This document shows positions 1-7,111 of a stretch of 28,683 nucleotides of DNA, one piece after another. Under the pieces are notes generated by a model. The model was not told where the DNA came from. It did no database searches and saw only the letters and a program-made list of their open reading frames with translations. The translations under genes and the position numbers were made by a program. Positions within the stretch are counted from its first letter, which is position 1. Each line of letters opens with the position of its first letter. Source of the stretch: a virus (Duplodnaviria > Caudoviricetes). Location of the stretch: the IMG/VR virus record IMGVR_UViG_3300046028_001155, positions 1 through 28,683 of that record. One strand, given 5' to 3'.

Positions 1-1
1 G

Positions 2-100
2 CATACTGCACCATCAACTATACTTGTGGAATCAGTAGCTTTGTTGGCATTCGGTTGTTTAGGTTTGACATCAGCCGAGAAAATACTTAAAAAGAAATGA
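2..100 (+). CDS. Partial (3' end) small membrane protein, probable holin
   Basis: Frame 2 reads HTAPSTILVESVALLAFGCLGLTSAEKILKKK*: hydrophobic helix plus basic C-tail; its TGA overlaps the endolysin ATG (ATGA). Confidence 0.5.
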   Translation, partial: HTAPSTILVESVALLAFGCLGLTSAEKILKKK

Positions 101-546
101 AAATATCAGAACATTTAGAATTATCAGAGTTGACCAGGTCGGAATCTGCAAAGCGTAACGGCATATCAAATATGCCTACGCCAGAACATATAGAAAACTT
201 TAAGATACTAGCAACTAAAGTATTTGAGCCTATACGTGAGCATTTTGGAGTGCCTATTAGGATAAGTTCTGGTTATCGGTCAGCTGAGTTGAATAAATGT
301 ATTGGCGGATCTGCTACCAGTCAGCACTCAACTGGTGAGGCGATAGACATAGATCAAGACGGCACTACAATAACTAATAAGCAGGTATTTGACTATATCA
401 AGGATAATCTAGCCTTTGATCAGCTGATCAATGAGTTTAATTATGCGTGGGTGCATGTAAGTTATAAAGCAAATGGTAAGCAAAGAGGCGAGATCCTGGA
501 GGCTTATAAAGTTGGTCCAGTAACTAAATATAAATTATATAAATAA
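97..546 (+). CDS. Endolysin, peptidase M15 family (Zn peptidase)
   Basis: SGYRS, SQHSTGEAIDI (H-x6-D) and WVHVS motifs typical of Peptidase_M15. Confidence 0.9.
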   Translation: MKISEHLELSELTRSESAKRNGISNMPTPEHIENFKILATKVFEPIREHFGVPIRISSGYRSAELNKCIGGSATSQHSTGEAIDIDQDGTTITNKQVFDYIKDNLAFDQLINEFNYAWVHVSYKANGKQRGEILEAYKVGPVTKYKLYK

Positions 547-553
547 TTTTTTA

Positions 554-561
554 TATCTTTG
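554..561 (+). promoter_or_regulatory. Bacteroidota-type -7 promoter box TATCTTTG
   Basis: Exact TAnnTTTG in an intergenic gap, 3 nt before an ATG. Confidence 0.55.
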
Positions 562-564
562 TAT

Positions 565-729
565 ATGTATAAAGAAATTTTAAATAAACTAAAGGTTTCA
601 GAATCAATAAATGTAATATCACATTTTCAAGTCTGGCGTAATAACGCTAGTCAGTTACGCAAAGAAACAGGTAGAGTTTTTCATATAAGAGAGGTAAAAA
701 ATCAATGCCTTATTATTCGTATACTGTAA
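565..729 (+). CDS. Small hypothetical protein (54 aa), absent from the ORF track
   Basis: ATG565..TAA729: MYKEILNKLKVSESINVISHFQVWRNNASQLRKETGRVFHIREVKNQCLIIRIL; fills the gap and follows a promoter box. Confidence 0.6.
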   Translation: MYKEILNKLKVSESINVISHFQVWRNNASQLRKETGRVFHIREVKNQCLIIRIL

Positions 730-762
730 AATTGTTGTTACGTTAAAATATATATTTTTTAT

Positions 763-796
763 TTTGCTGGTTATTAAAATAACTTTTGTATATTTA
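763..796 (+). promoter_or_regulatory. Putative early promoter (TTTG ... TATATTTA)
   Basis: TTTG 763-766 and a TAnnTTTA variant at 789-796 in AT-rich intergenic DNA upstream of the early genes. Confidence 0.5.
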
Positions 797-819
797 TACC
801 ATGCAATAAAGCATAAAAA

Positions 820-840
820 AAACTTGCAAAAATGAAAACA
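820..840 (+). repeat. Gene-start repeat AAACTTGCA(A/T)AAAATG, copy 1 of 3 (others 1059-1080, 1345-1362)
   Basis: aaacttgcaaaaATGaaaaca / aaacttgcaaaaaATGaaaaca / aaaacttgcataaaATGag. Confidence 0.8.
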
Positions 841-1053
841 CTAAATGAATTATTCCAACTGTTTGCAGACGCAACAAAACAAAAAGACAAAGTATTTATT
901 AACTACTCTGGTCATGTAAATAAGATTTATATAACTTATTACTTATTTGGGTGGAGCAGAGAAGAAAGTAACATTAAATATGAATGTGAAGTAGTATTAA
1001 ATGAAGCAGGTATTCAAGAAGCATACTGGTTTTTATATAACAAACTTAACTAA
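832..1053 (+). CDS. Hypothetical early protein
   Basis: 73-aa ORF preceded by the repeated leader motif. Confidence 0.75.
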   Translation: MKTLNELFQLFADATKQKDKVFINYSGHVNKIYITYYLFGWSREESNIKYECEVVLNEAGIQEAYWFLYNKLN

Positions 1054-1071
1054 TAATAAAACTTGCAAAAA

Positions 1072-1260
1072 ATGAAAACAGGCACAGAATTAAAAGTAAC
1101 AAGCAACATAAAAGAGCGTACTTTTAGGATAAAAAAAAATAATACAATTTATAAAACCATTAGAATGAGCAAAGAGGATTTTAATGATGCTGATAATTGG
1201 ACTGCTAATGACTGGCAATCTTTTTTAAATAAAACACACGAATATTTTATAATTAAATAA
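1072..1260 (+). CDS. Hypothetical early protein
   Basis: Start moved from TTG1063 to ATG1072, which matches the repeated leader motif. Confidence 0.75.
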   Translation: MKTGTELKVTSNIKERTFRIKKNNTIYKTIRMSKEDFNDADNWTANDWQSFLNKTHEYFIIK

Positions 1261-1342
1261 ACATTCCTGTTCCTGCAAGTCAGGAATATGCCGCCTCGCT
1301 TGATTAATCAAGCGGGGATTAGGCAGTACCGGGATGTTCCGG
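1261..1342 (+). ncRNA. Candidate structured RNA / palindromic regulatory element
   Basis: GC-rich intergenic island with a perfect 18-bp palindrome CGCTTGATTAATCAAGCG (1297-1314), a TTCCTG/CAGGAA hairpin and an ACATTCC/GGGATGT closing stem. Confidence 0.5.
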
Positions 1343-1358
1343 ATAAAACTTGCATAAA

Positions 1359-1616
1359 ATGAGTATACTAAAAGAAATCAAAACAAAGTACCCAGACTGC
1401 TATTACGATGCAGACATGGATGCTATTTATTGGAACGATCAGACAATAGCAGAGGATGCTAAAGACCTAATCGAAGATCATTACGAGGGTAAGAAAACCT
1501 GGACTACTGGTAGATCTGGAAATCCAGAAGATGATACAAGGGAGCCATGTTCAGGAGAAGATTACATAATAGCAGAATTAAACCACGATTATCATTACGC
1601 ATTTGACCAGATATGA
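1359..1616 (+). CDS. Hypothetical acidic early protein
   Basis: Start at ATG1359 after the repeated leader; D/E/Y-rich. Confidence 0.75.
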   Translation: MSILKEIKTKYPDCYYDADMDAIYWNDQTIAEDAKDLIEDHYEGKKTWTTGRSGNPEDDTREPCSGEDYIIAELNHDYHYAFDQI

Positions 1617-1834
1617 AACTAATAAATAGACTAAGTCCAGAGCATTTATTAATGCTAAAGGCTGAAGAAATTAATTACCCAGAAACAACTAAAAGATTAA
1701 TAGAAGAATTATCAAATACTACACATTGGGTAGATTTAAAATATTCAACAATTTGTAAATTAGTATTTAATTTAGGAATAAAAGATTATTCACCAAGCAC
1801 AATAGATAAAATATTTGATAATGTTAGCAATTAA
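1613..1834 (+). CDS. Hypothetical protein
   Basis: ATGA overlap with the previous gene. Confidence 0.75.
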   Translation: MKLINRLSPEHLLMLKAEEINYPETTKRLIEELSNTTHWVDLKYSTICKLVFNLGIKDYSPSTIDKIFDNVSN

Positions 1835-2054
1835 ATCAACAGTATACCCAGATGGATTTAGAATCCTATGGGTAAATGGAATGCCTAAGCATCCAGAATT
1901 AATAATGGATAGTCAGCTTTATAATCGATGGGCGGTCTATATTCACAACATGGTGTTTAATATTAAAGGCGTTAACAAGGTAAGATCTGGAGGAGTATGC
2001 TATTCAGATGGACAGGATTCAGCTTTAAGATTAGCTAAAGAAATATTAAGATAA
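1815..2054 (+). CDS. Hypothetical protein
   Basis: Overlaps the previous stop; start may be ATG1821. Confidence 0.7.
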   Translation: MIMLAIKSTVYPDGFRILWVNGMPKHPELIMDSQLYNRWAVYIHNMVFNIKGVNKVRSGGVCYSDGQDSALRLAKEILR

Positions 2055-2076
2055 AAATATTATTTATCATGTTTTA

Positions 2077-2107
2077 TTTGTATTTATAAATTATTTTTAT
2101 AACTTTA
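2077..2107 (+). promoter_or_regulatory. Putative promoter (TTTG -19 nt- TAACTTTA) for the ERF operon
   Basis: Spacing fits the Bacteroidota -33/-7 consensus. Confidence 0.55.
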
Positions 2108-2112
2108 TAACA

Positions 2113-2188
2113 ATGTCCACATTCATAAACCAAAAACACATAACGTATAGCCTGATAGGAGTGGACACCTTGAAGGCATACGTTTTTT
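2113..2188 (+). promoter_or_regulatory. Structured leader RNA motif, copy 1 (pseudoknot/attenuator-like)
   Basis: TGTCCAC (2114-2120) is complementary to loop GTGGACA (2161-2167) within GATAGGA-N7-CCTTGAA; stem AACGTAT/ATACGTT then a T-tract. Confidence 0.7.
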
Positions 2189-2192
2189 CATT

Positions 2193-2732
2193 ATGGAAAA
2201 ATCAGAAACAATTACAAGCCTAGCGAAAGCCTTAATAGACTTTCAGGGAAGAGTTCAGAAGATTTCAAAGGATGCTAAAAATCCATTCTTTAAATCAAAT
2301 TATGCATCCTTGTCAAACATTCAAGATGCAATTAGCAAACCACTAGCAGAGTCAGGACTAGCTTATTCCCAGATGCCTAGCGGAGTAAATGGATTATCTA
2401 CTATTCTAATTCATGCAGAATCAGGAGAGTATTTAATAGATACGTTTATTATGCCAGTAAGTAAGCCAAACGATCCTCAAGCAGTAGGTTCAGCCATTAC
2501 CTATGCAAAGCGTTATGCATTAACTGGAGTACTAGGATTAAACATAGATGATGATGATGATGGAAACAAAGCCTCTCAGGATGTTAGACCATGGCTTAAT
2601 CCAAATACAGATAAATGGACATCAGTAATTAAAGCATTACAGGATGGATATACAATGGATGTAATATTAAAAAAATATAAGATTAGTACGGATAACCAGA
2701 TGTTATTAGAAAAGGAGGTTACAAATGTCTAA
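2193..2732 (+). CDS. erf: ERF-family single-strand annealing recombinase
   Basis: KNPFFKSNYASL, GSAITYAKRYAL and DDDDGN are ERF signature motifs. Confidence 0.93.
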   Translation: MEKSETITSLAKALIDFQGRVQKISKDAKNPFFKSNYASLSNIQDAISKPLAESGLAYSQMPSGVNGLSTILIHAESGEYLIDTFIMPVSKPNDPQAVGSAITYAKRYALTGVLGLNIDDDDDGNKASQDVRPWLNPNTDKWTSVIKALQDGYTMDVILKKYKISTDNQMLLEKEVTNV

Positions 2733-3159
2733 TGAATTACTAGAGTTAACAGGCATAATGTATGCACCTGATTTTACAAAAAAACAAGCTGAGCAGACAG
2801 GCATTAATTTAATTAATAAACTATTTGAGGATGGCAATCAAACTCCAGTACAGTTCTATTCTAACATAGCCAGATTAAAAGCAGTAATAGATTCAGCAGA
2901 CAGAGCATTTAGAGATCGTTTAAACCTATCAGCTACTGATAGCTATAATGGGGTTCTATTTACGCCAAAAAACGGAGCGGAGAGCCTTAATTATGATGAT
3001 GATGATATATATGTACTGCTAGAGAATAAACTTAAGCAAAGGCAAGAATTATTAAAGATGGCAAGTAAATCAGATGATATAATATTTGATTCTGATGGAT
3101 GCGAGGTGCCAAAAGTGAGTAAGAAATATAATAAGTCATCAATAGTAATTACGTTTTAA
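2725..3159 (+). CDS. Hypothetical protein in the recombination operon
   Basis: 144-aa ORF overlapping the erf stop; no firm family. Confidence 0.7.
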   Translation: MSNELLELTGIMYAPDFTKKQAEQTGINLINKLFEDGNQTPVQFYSNIARLKAVIDSADRAFRDRLNLSATDSYNGVLFTPKNGAESLNYDDDDIYVLLENKLKQRQELLKMASKSDDIIFDSDGCEVPKVSKKYNKSSIVITF

Positions 3160-3161
3160 TT

Positions 3162-3353
3162 ATGAAAAATATTTTAAATAAAAAGAGAATTGCAAAAGCA
3201 TTAGAGATGATAGTCGGGCAAAATAAAAGTCCGGCGGATGTTAGCAGGAAAATGAAAATATCAATGCCGGGCGTTTGCAGATGGATGACAAAGTATTGGT
3301 TTTATCAGAAGCCAATTAACCCAGTAGTTATAACCTTAAAATCAGATGTATGA
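3162..3353 (+). CDS. Small helix-turn-helix DNA-binding protein
   Basis: SPADVSRKMKISMPGVCRWM fits an HTH pattern. Confidence 0.6.
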   Translation: MKNILNKKRIAKALEMIVGQNKSPADVSRKMKISMPGVCRWMTKYWFYQKPINPVVITLKSDV

Positions 3354-3700
3354 ATCACAGAGAATTATATGGTCATTCAATAAGAGATGGATTTAATAAA
3401 TTTATTTCTAAAAATCCTCATATTTACAAATCATTTGAGGAACAAGCATTTAGAGCAATAAAAAAGGGTAGGACTAAAATTAGTTCAGATCTAATAATTA
3501 ATTATATACGATGGGAACAGTTTATAGAAAGTTCTGATGAACATTTTAAAATTAATAATAGTTACTCAGCTTATATAGCAAGGTTTTTTATACAACAAAA
3601 TCCTGAATATAAAGATTTATTTAATTTTAGAAAGTTAAGAAATGAGGAGGATGGTCAATATATGTCTATTGATGAAAATGGTCAAATATCATTTCTGTAA
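3350..3700 (+). CDS. Conserved phage hypothetical protein
   Basis: NPHIY..F / IRWE / FKINNSY..YIAR pattern recalled from phage proteins; ATGA coupling. Confidence 0.7.
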   Translation: MNHRELYGHSIRDGFNKFISKNPHIYKSFEEQAFRAIKKGRTKISSDLIINYIRWEQFIESSDEHFKINNSYSAYIARFFIQQNPEYKDLFNFRKLRNEEDGQYMSIDENGQISFL

Positions 3701-3717
3701 ATATCAAATATTTTTTC

Positions 3718-3819
3718 TATATTTATACTAATGGCTGACTTCGACAACAAGCTGATTATAAAACATTTAAACCCTTTGGGTAGATAGGAGTCGAAGCCTT
3801 GAAACCTAAGGGGTTTTTT
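3718..3819 (+). promoter_or_regulatory. Promoter box TATATTTA plus structured leader RNA motif, copy 2
   Basis: CTTCGAC (3739-3745) is complementary to loop GTCGAAG (3790-3796) within GATAGGA-N7-CCTTGAA; 13-bp stem 3769-3781/3804-3816 then a T-tract. Confidence 0.7.
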
Positions 3820-3831
3820 AATTTACAAAAA

Positions 3832-4053
3832 ATGGCAAAGTTTAACGGTTACAGATCTTGGAATGAATGGAATGTAAGTTTATGGATTAATAATGATGAA
3901 GTTCTTTATCACTACTCATTAGATCTGATTAAAAGATTTAATTTACAGAGAGCAACAAAGATTTTTATGGATAATTTAGAAAAGACTCCAGATGGAGCAA
4001 TCTACAATCGCTCTTGTGTTTATCATGCGCTAAAGGATCTAAAGAATGGATAA
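3832..4053 (+). CDS. Conserved phage hypothetical protein
   Basis: NGYRSWNEWNVSLWINNDE.LY motif recalled from small phage proteins; ATG3832 preferred because TTG3799 lies inside the RNA stem. Confidence 0.7.
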   Translation: MAKFNGYRSWNEWNVSLWINNDEVLYHYSLDLIKRFNLQRATKIFMDNLEKTPDGAIYNRSCVYHALKDLKNG

Positions 4054-4696
4054 GCTGCAATGGTTTAAGTTTATGATATCAGACTGGGTAATGGGTAAGA
4101 TCATGCGATGTCCGGAAGTTACACAAGCGAGATTTATCTGGCTATGCTGCCAATACTGGAATAAAGAATGTGCAATGAGTTATGAGGATGCAGAGTTAGA
4201 GATCGAAAAAGAACATTTAACTAATTTATTAAGCCGAAGGATTATATTATTAGAAGGAGATAAGATAAAAATTAAGTTTCTAGATAACCAATTAATAAAC
4301 ATTTTAGAGGTTAGTAAGGGCAGAAGTATAGCAGCTAAAGCTAAATGGGATAAATTCTATGATCAAAAGAAAGATGCAAATGCTATGCAAGTCTATGCAA
4401 ATGCAGAGCAAATGGATGCAAATGCTATGCAAAACGATGCAGATAAGATAAGAGTAGATAAGAAAAGAATATATATACCTACTCTGGAAGAAGTTGAAAT
4501 TTATTTTAAGGATAATGGCTACACTAGAGATTCAGCCATAAAGTCTTTTAATTATTATGCTGAGAATAACTGGAAAGATAGCCGGAATAATCAGGTAAAA
4601 AACTGGAAGCAGAAAATGCAAGGCGTATGGTTTAAAGAAGAAAACAAAATTAAAAACGAGCAACTACCTGCTCACCTAACCAGAGTATTAAATTGA
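4046..4696 (+). CDS. Replication initiator protein (lambda O-like organisation)
   Basis: N-terminal WFKF..SDW winged-helix-like region, central iteron-encoded ANAMQ repeats, C-terminal PTLEEV..YF...FNYY...W...KNWK domain; directly upstream of the helicase. Confidence 0.8.
   Translation: MDKLQWFKFMISDWVMGKIMRCPEVTQARFIWLCCQYWNKECAMSYEDAELEIEKEHLTNLLSRRIILLEGDKIKIKFLDNQLINILEVSKGRSIAAKAKWDKFYDQKKDANAMQVYANAEQMDANAMQNDADKIRVDKKRIYIPTLEEVEIYFKDNGYTRDSAIKSFNYYAENNWKDSRNNQVKNWKQKMQGVWFKEENKIKNEQLPAHLTRVLN
4373..4470 (+). repeat. Iteron cluster / putative replication origin
   Basis: ATGCAA units at about 10-11 bp spacing; GATGCAAATGCTATGCAA twice (4373-4390, 4415-4432); followed by the purine-rich AGATAAGATAAGAGTAGATAAGAAAAG tract. 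Confidence 0.75.
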
Positions 4697-5580
4697 TACG
4701 TAAATTTAAAGATATCGCAGATAGCTTAGAGCTGATGCGCAATACAGGAAATCCTATGGGTGATCTAACAGGGTTTTACGGACTGGATATGCTTTACACT
4801 ATAAAGCAAGGTTCTTTTACTTTTATCTTAGCCGCTCCTCATCATGGTAAATCAGAGTTTGCCTTTGAATTAGCATTTAATCAGGCAAGTAAATACGGCA
4901 AAAAATCACTTATATACTCACCAGAGACCGGAAGCGTAGAGGATATATATGCCGAGTTTATACATAAATACACAGGTAAGCCATTTTATAAATCTATTAC
5001 AGGTTGTGTAGAAGATAAAGAATATTATCAAGCAATTAATTACATAGACGAAATGTTTAACGTAGTGGATTCAGATGATAAAAGCTACACAATTCCAGAG
5101 ATTATGAAACTGGTAACGGATGAAAAGATAATCATAACAGATCCTTATAACGAATTAAAACACGAAATGAGTACCTATAATGGCAGACAAGATTTATACA
5201 TAGAGGATATAATAGGTGAAGTAAGGAGGTACTGTAAAAAGTATAAAAAACATTGGATTATTACGCTACATCCGGCGGCTCAGCAACCGCAAAAAGATGA
5301 TAAGGGTAATACCTATTACGGAATGCCTATGGCAAGAGAGGCAGCCGGAGGGCAAGCGTTGTTACGAAAAGCAATGACATGGATAAATATGTGGAGACCG
5401 CCTCATGGCATGAATGACCAGAACGGGCAACCTTATCCAGATAACATTGTGCTGATAAAAGTTGAAAAAGCAAAACCTAAAGGAGTAGCTATGCGAGGCG
5501 AAATGGTTTTACAGTTTGACTGGAAGAGAAATAGATATTTTGAATTTCCTAAATTATATGCATTTGAACATGAAAAGTAA
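4693..5580 (+). CDS. SF4 (DnaB-like) replicative helicase
   Basis: Walker A AAPHHGKS, IYSPE catalytic Glu, Walker B IIITDPYN, TLHP motif. Confidence 0.85.
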   Translation: MIRKFKDIADSLELMRNTGNPMGDLTGFYGLDMLYTIKQGSFTFILAAPHHGKSEFAFELAFNQASKYGKKSLIYSPETGSVEDIYAEFIHKYTGKPFYKSITGCVEDKEYYQAINYIDEMFNVVDSDDKSYTIPEIMKLVTDEKIIITDPYNELKHEMSTYNGRQDLYIEDIIGEVRRYCKKYKKHWIITLHPAAQQPQKDDKGNTYYGMPMAREAAGGQALLRKAMTWINMWRPPHGMNDQNGQPYPDNIVLIKVEKAKPKGVAMRGEMVLQFDWKRNRYFEFPKLYAFEHEK

Positions 5581-5914
5581 AGAGCAAATGGAGTTAGAAG
5601 CTGAGGCTTATGCCTTACACTTCCAAGATAAAATAAAGACTTCTGAGAAACTTTTATTATTTGCAAGTATACTATGTCACCTTGATGGAGATGTATTCTT
5701 ATATCGCATGAAAAGTGGATTAAATGACAAGATACAGGAAGTTATAGATAGGAACGAAGAATTAAAACAGATATACGATCACTTTTACATAATGTCTGAG
5801 CAGATAGAACAATATAAAATAATGCTGCACAAAAACAATAGCCGTATGTTAGCAATGGAATTAGAGAATGAAAAAGTAACTAAATTATTAACTAATTATC
5901 AGCAATGGGGTTAA
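5570..5914 (+). CDS. Hypothetical coiled-coil protein
   Basis: ATG5570 overlapping the helicase stop is preferred over TTG5516. Confidence 0.7.
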   Translation: MKSKEQMELEAEAYALHFQDKIKTSEKLLLFASILCHLDGDVFLYRMKSGLNDKIQEVIDRNEELKQIYDHFYIMSEQIEQYKIMLHKNNSRMLAMELENEKVTKLLTNYQQWG

Positions 5915-6225
5915 AATATAAAAACATAAAAACAATAATAAACGGAATAACCTTTGACAGTAAAAAGGAAGCCGGGTATTATGGCATCCTTAGGCTTAAA
6001 GAAAAGGCTAGGTTAATACAAAGATTTGAGATGCAAGTTAGGTATGATCTGGTAGTGAACGGAATAATGATATGCTTTTATAAAGCTGATTTTGTTACGT
6101 ATAAGCATGGTAAAGTCTTTGAGGTTATTGATGTTAAGTCTAAAATGACTAAGAGTTTACCTGTTTATAGATTAAAGAAGAAATTATTAAAAGCAATTTA
6201 TAATATTGATATTGTAGAAATTTAA
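5905..6225 (+). CDS. DUF1064-like PD-(D/E)xK endonuclease (putative resolvase)
   Basis: KYKN.KT...GITFDSKKEA..Y, YKADF and VIDVK motifs. Confidence 0.85.
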   Translation: MGLKYKNIKTIINGITFDSKKEAGYYGILRLKEKARLIQRFEMQVRYDLVVNGIMICFYKADFVTYKHGKVFEVIDVKSKMTKSLPVYRLKKKLLKAIYNIDIVEI

Positions 6226-6260
6226 TATATTTGAAAAAAACAGGCAAAGAGCAGGCAAAA
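6226..6260 (+). promoter_or_regulatory. Putative late promoter box TATATTTG followed by a CAGGCAAA direct repeat
   Basis: TAnnTTTG at 6226-6233; CAGGCAAA at 6241 and 6252 (11-bp period). Confidence 0.5.
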
Positions 6261-6278
6261 AATTATGCCTGATGGCAC

Positions 6279-6821
6279 ATGGAGAAAGTAAAAATATCAG
6301 CCATTAAGGCAAACATTAATAACCCAAGGGTAATTAAGGATGACAAGTTTAAGAAGCTAGTAGAGTCAATACGTGAGTTTCCAGAAATGTTAGAAAAAAG
6401 ACCTTTAATCTGCTTTACAGATTTAGATGGTAAGTATGTTGTACTGGGAGGTAATATGAGATTAAAGGCTGCTCAGGAAATTGGATTAAAAGAAATGCCG
6501 ATAATATTAGCTGATGACTGGACACAAGAACAAAAGGATGAGTTTTTAATTAAAGACAATGTTAGTTTTGGTGAATGGGATTGGGATAATTTAGCTAATA
6601 ACTGGAATGAAGAGAAGTTAACAGAATGGGGCGTAAATGTATGGCAACAAGAAACGTTTAAATACGAGCCTAATTTTACTCCTGAATCAAATTATAATGA
6701 TGTTACTAAAGAGGAAATACTTTCTAAAGCAAAAGAGTTAGCCAGTAAAATGCTATCAGCACAAAAACTTGTTGATGTTATTTGTCCAGAATGTGGCAAT
6801 GAGTTTAACATACAGAATTAA
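6279..6821 (+). CDS. ParB/Srx N-terminal-domain protein with C-terminal CPECG motif
   Basis: NNPRVI...F.KLVESI.EFP.ML..RP and VLGGNMRLKA are typical of phage ParB-like proteins near terminases. Confidence 0.88.
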   Translation: MEKVKISAIKANINNPRVIKDDKFKKLVESIREFPEMLEKRPLICFTDLDGKYVVLGGNMRLKAAQEIGLKEMPIILADDWTQEQKDEFLIKDNVSFGEWDWDNLANNWNEEKLTEWGVNVWQQETFKYEPNFTPESNYNDVTKEEILSKAKELASKMLSAQKLVDVICPECGNEFNIQN

Positions 6822-7111
6822 TGGAGCAAGAGTTTGTAATTATAGAAGAGAAAGACTGTATTCAGATGCTTCAATCAGCTACATTTAAAGTAGCTAAAAC
6901 AATGCCTAAGATTCCTCATTCTTACACATTAAAAGAAACCTGGGTTTCTCAAAAAGATTTTAATAGTGTTGTTATGTTTATCAGAAACAATGGTTACGTG
7001 AAAATGTTTTACAGTAAGCCGTTTATGTATTATAACATTGGAGAATATTGTTACTGGACTATGGGAAACTCGCTAGAAATAACAAAGCTAATTAATAGAG
7101 CAAAGATATGA
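6821..7111 (+). CDS. Conserved hypothetical protein of the modification cassette
   Basis: AKTMPKIPHSY...YWTMG...LINRA; TAATG coupling. Confidence 0.7.
   Translation: MEQEFVIIEEKDCIQMLQSATFKVAKTMPKIPHSYTLKETWVSQKDFNSVVMFIRNNGYVKMFYSKPFMYYNIGEYCYWTMGNSLEITKLINRAKI

Noticed and set aside
1266-1286. TGCAAGT loop reminiscent of twister-sister/twister ribozyme loops
   Set aside because: I could not find the remaining conserved core and pairings; a plain TTCCTG/CAGGAA hairpin explains it.
4373-4443. Repeats as a CRISPR array or DGR repeat
   Set aside because: Units are short with no spacers and in frame within the initiator; no cas or reverse transcriptase gene in the window.
6279-6821. ParB as a plasmid-prophage partition system
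   Set aside because: No ParA, no HTH region or parS array; only the ParB N-terminal domain in a packaging-gene context.
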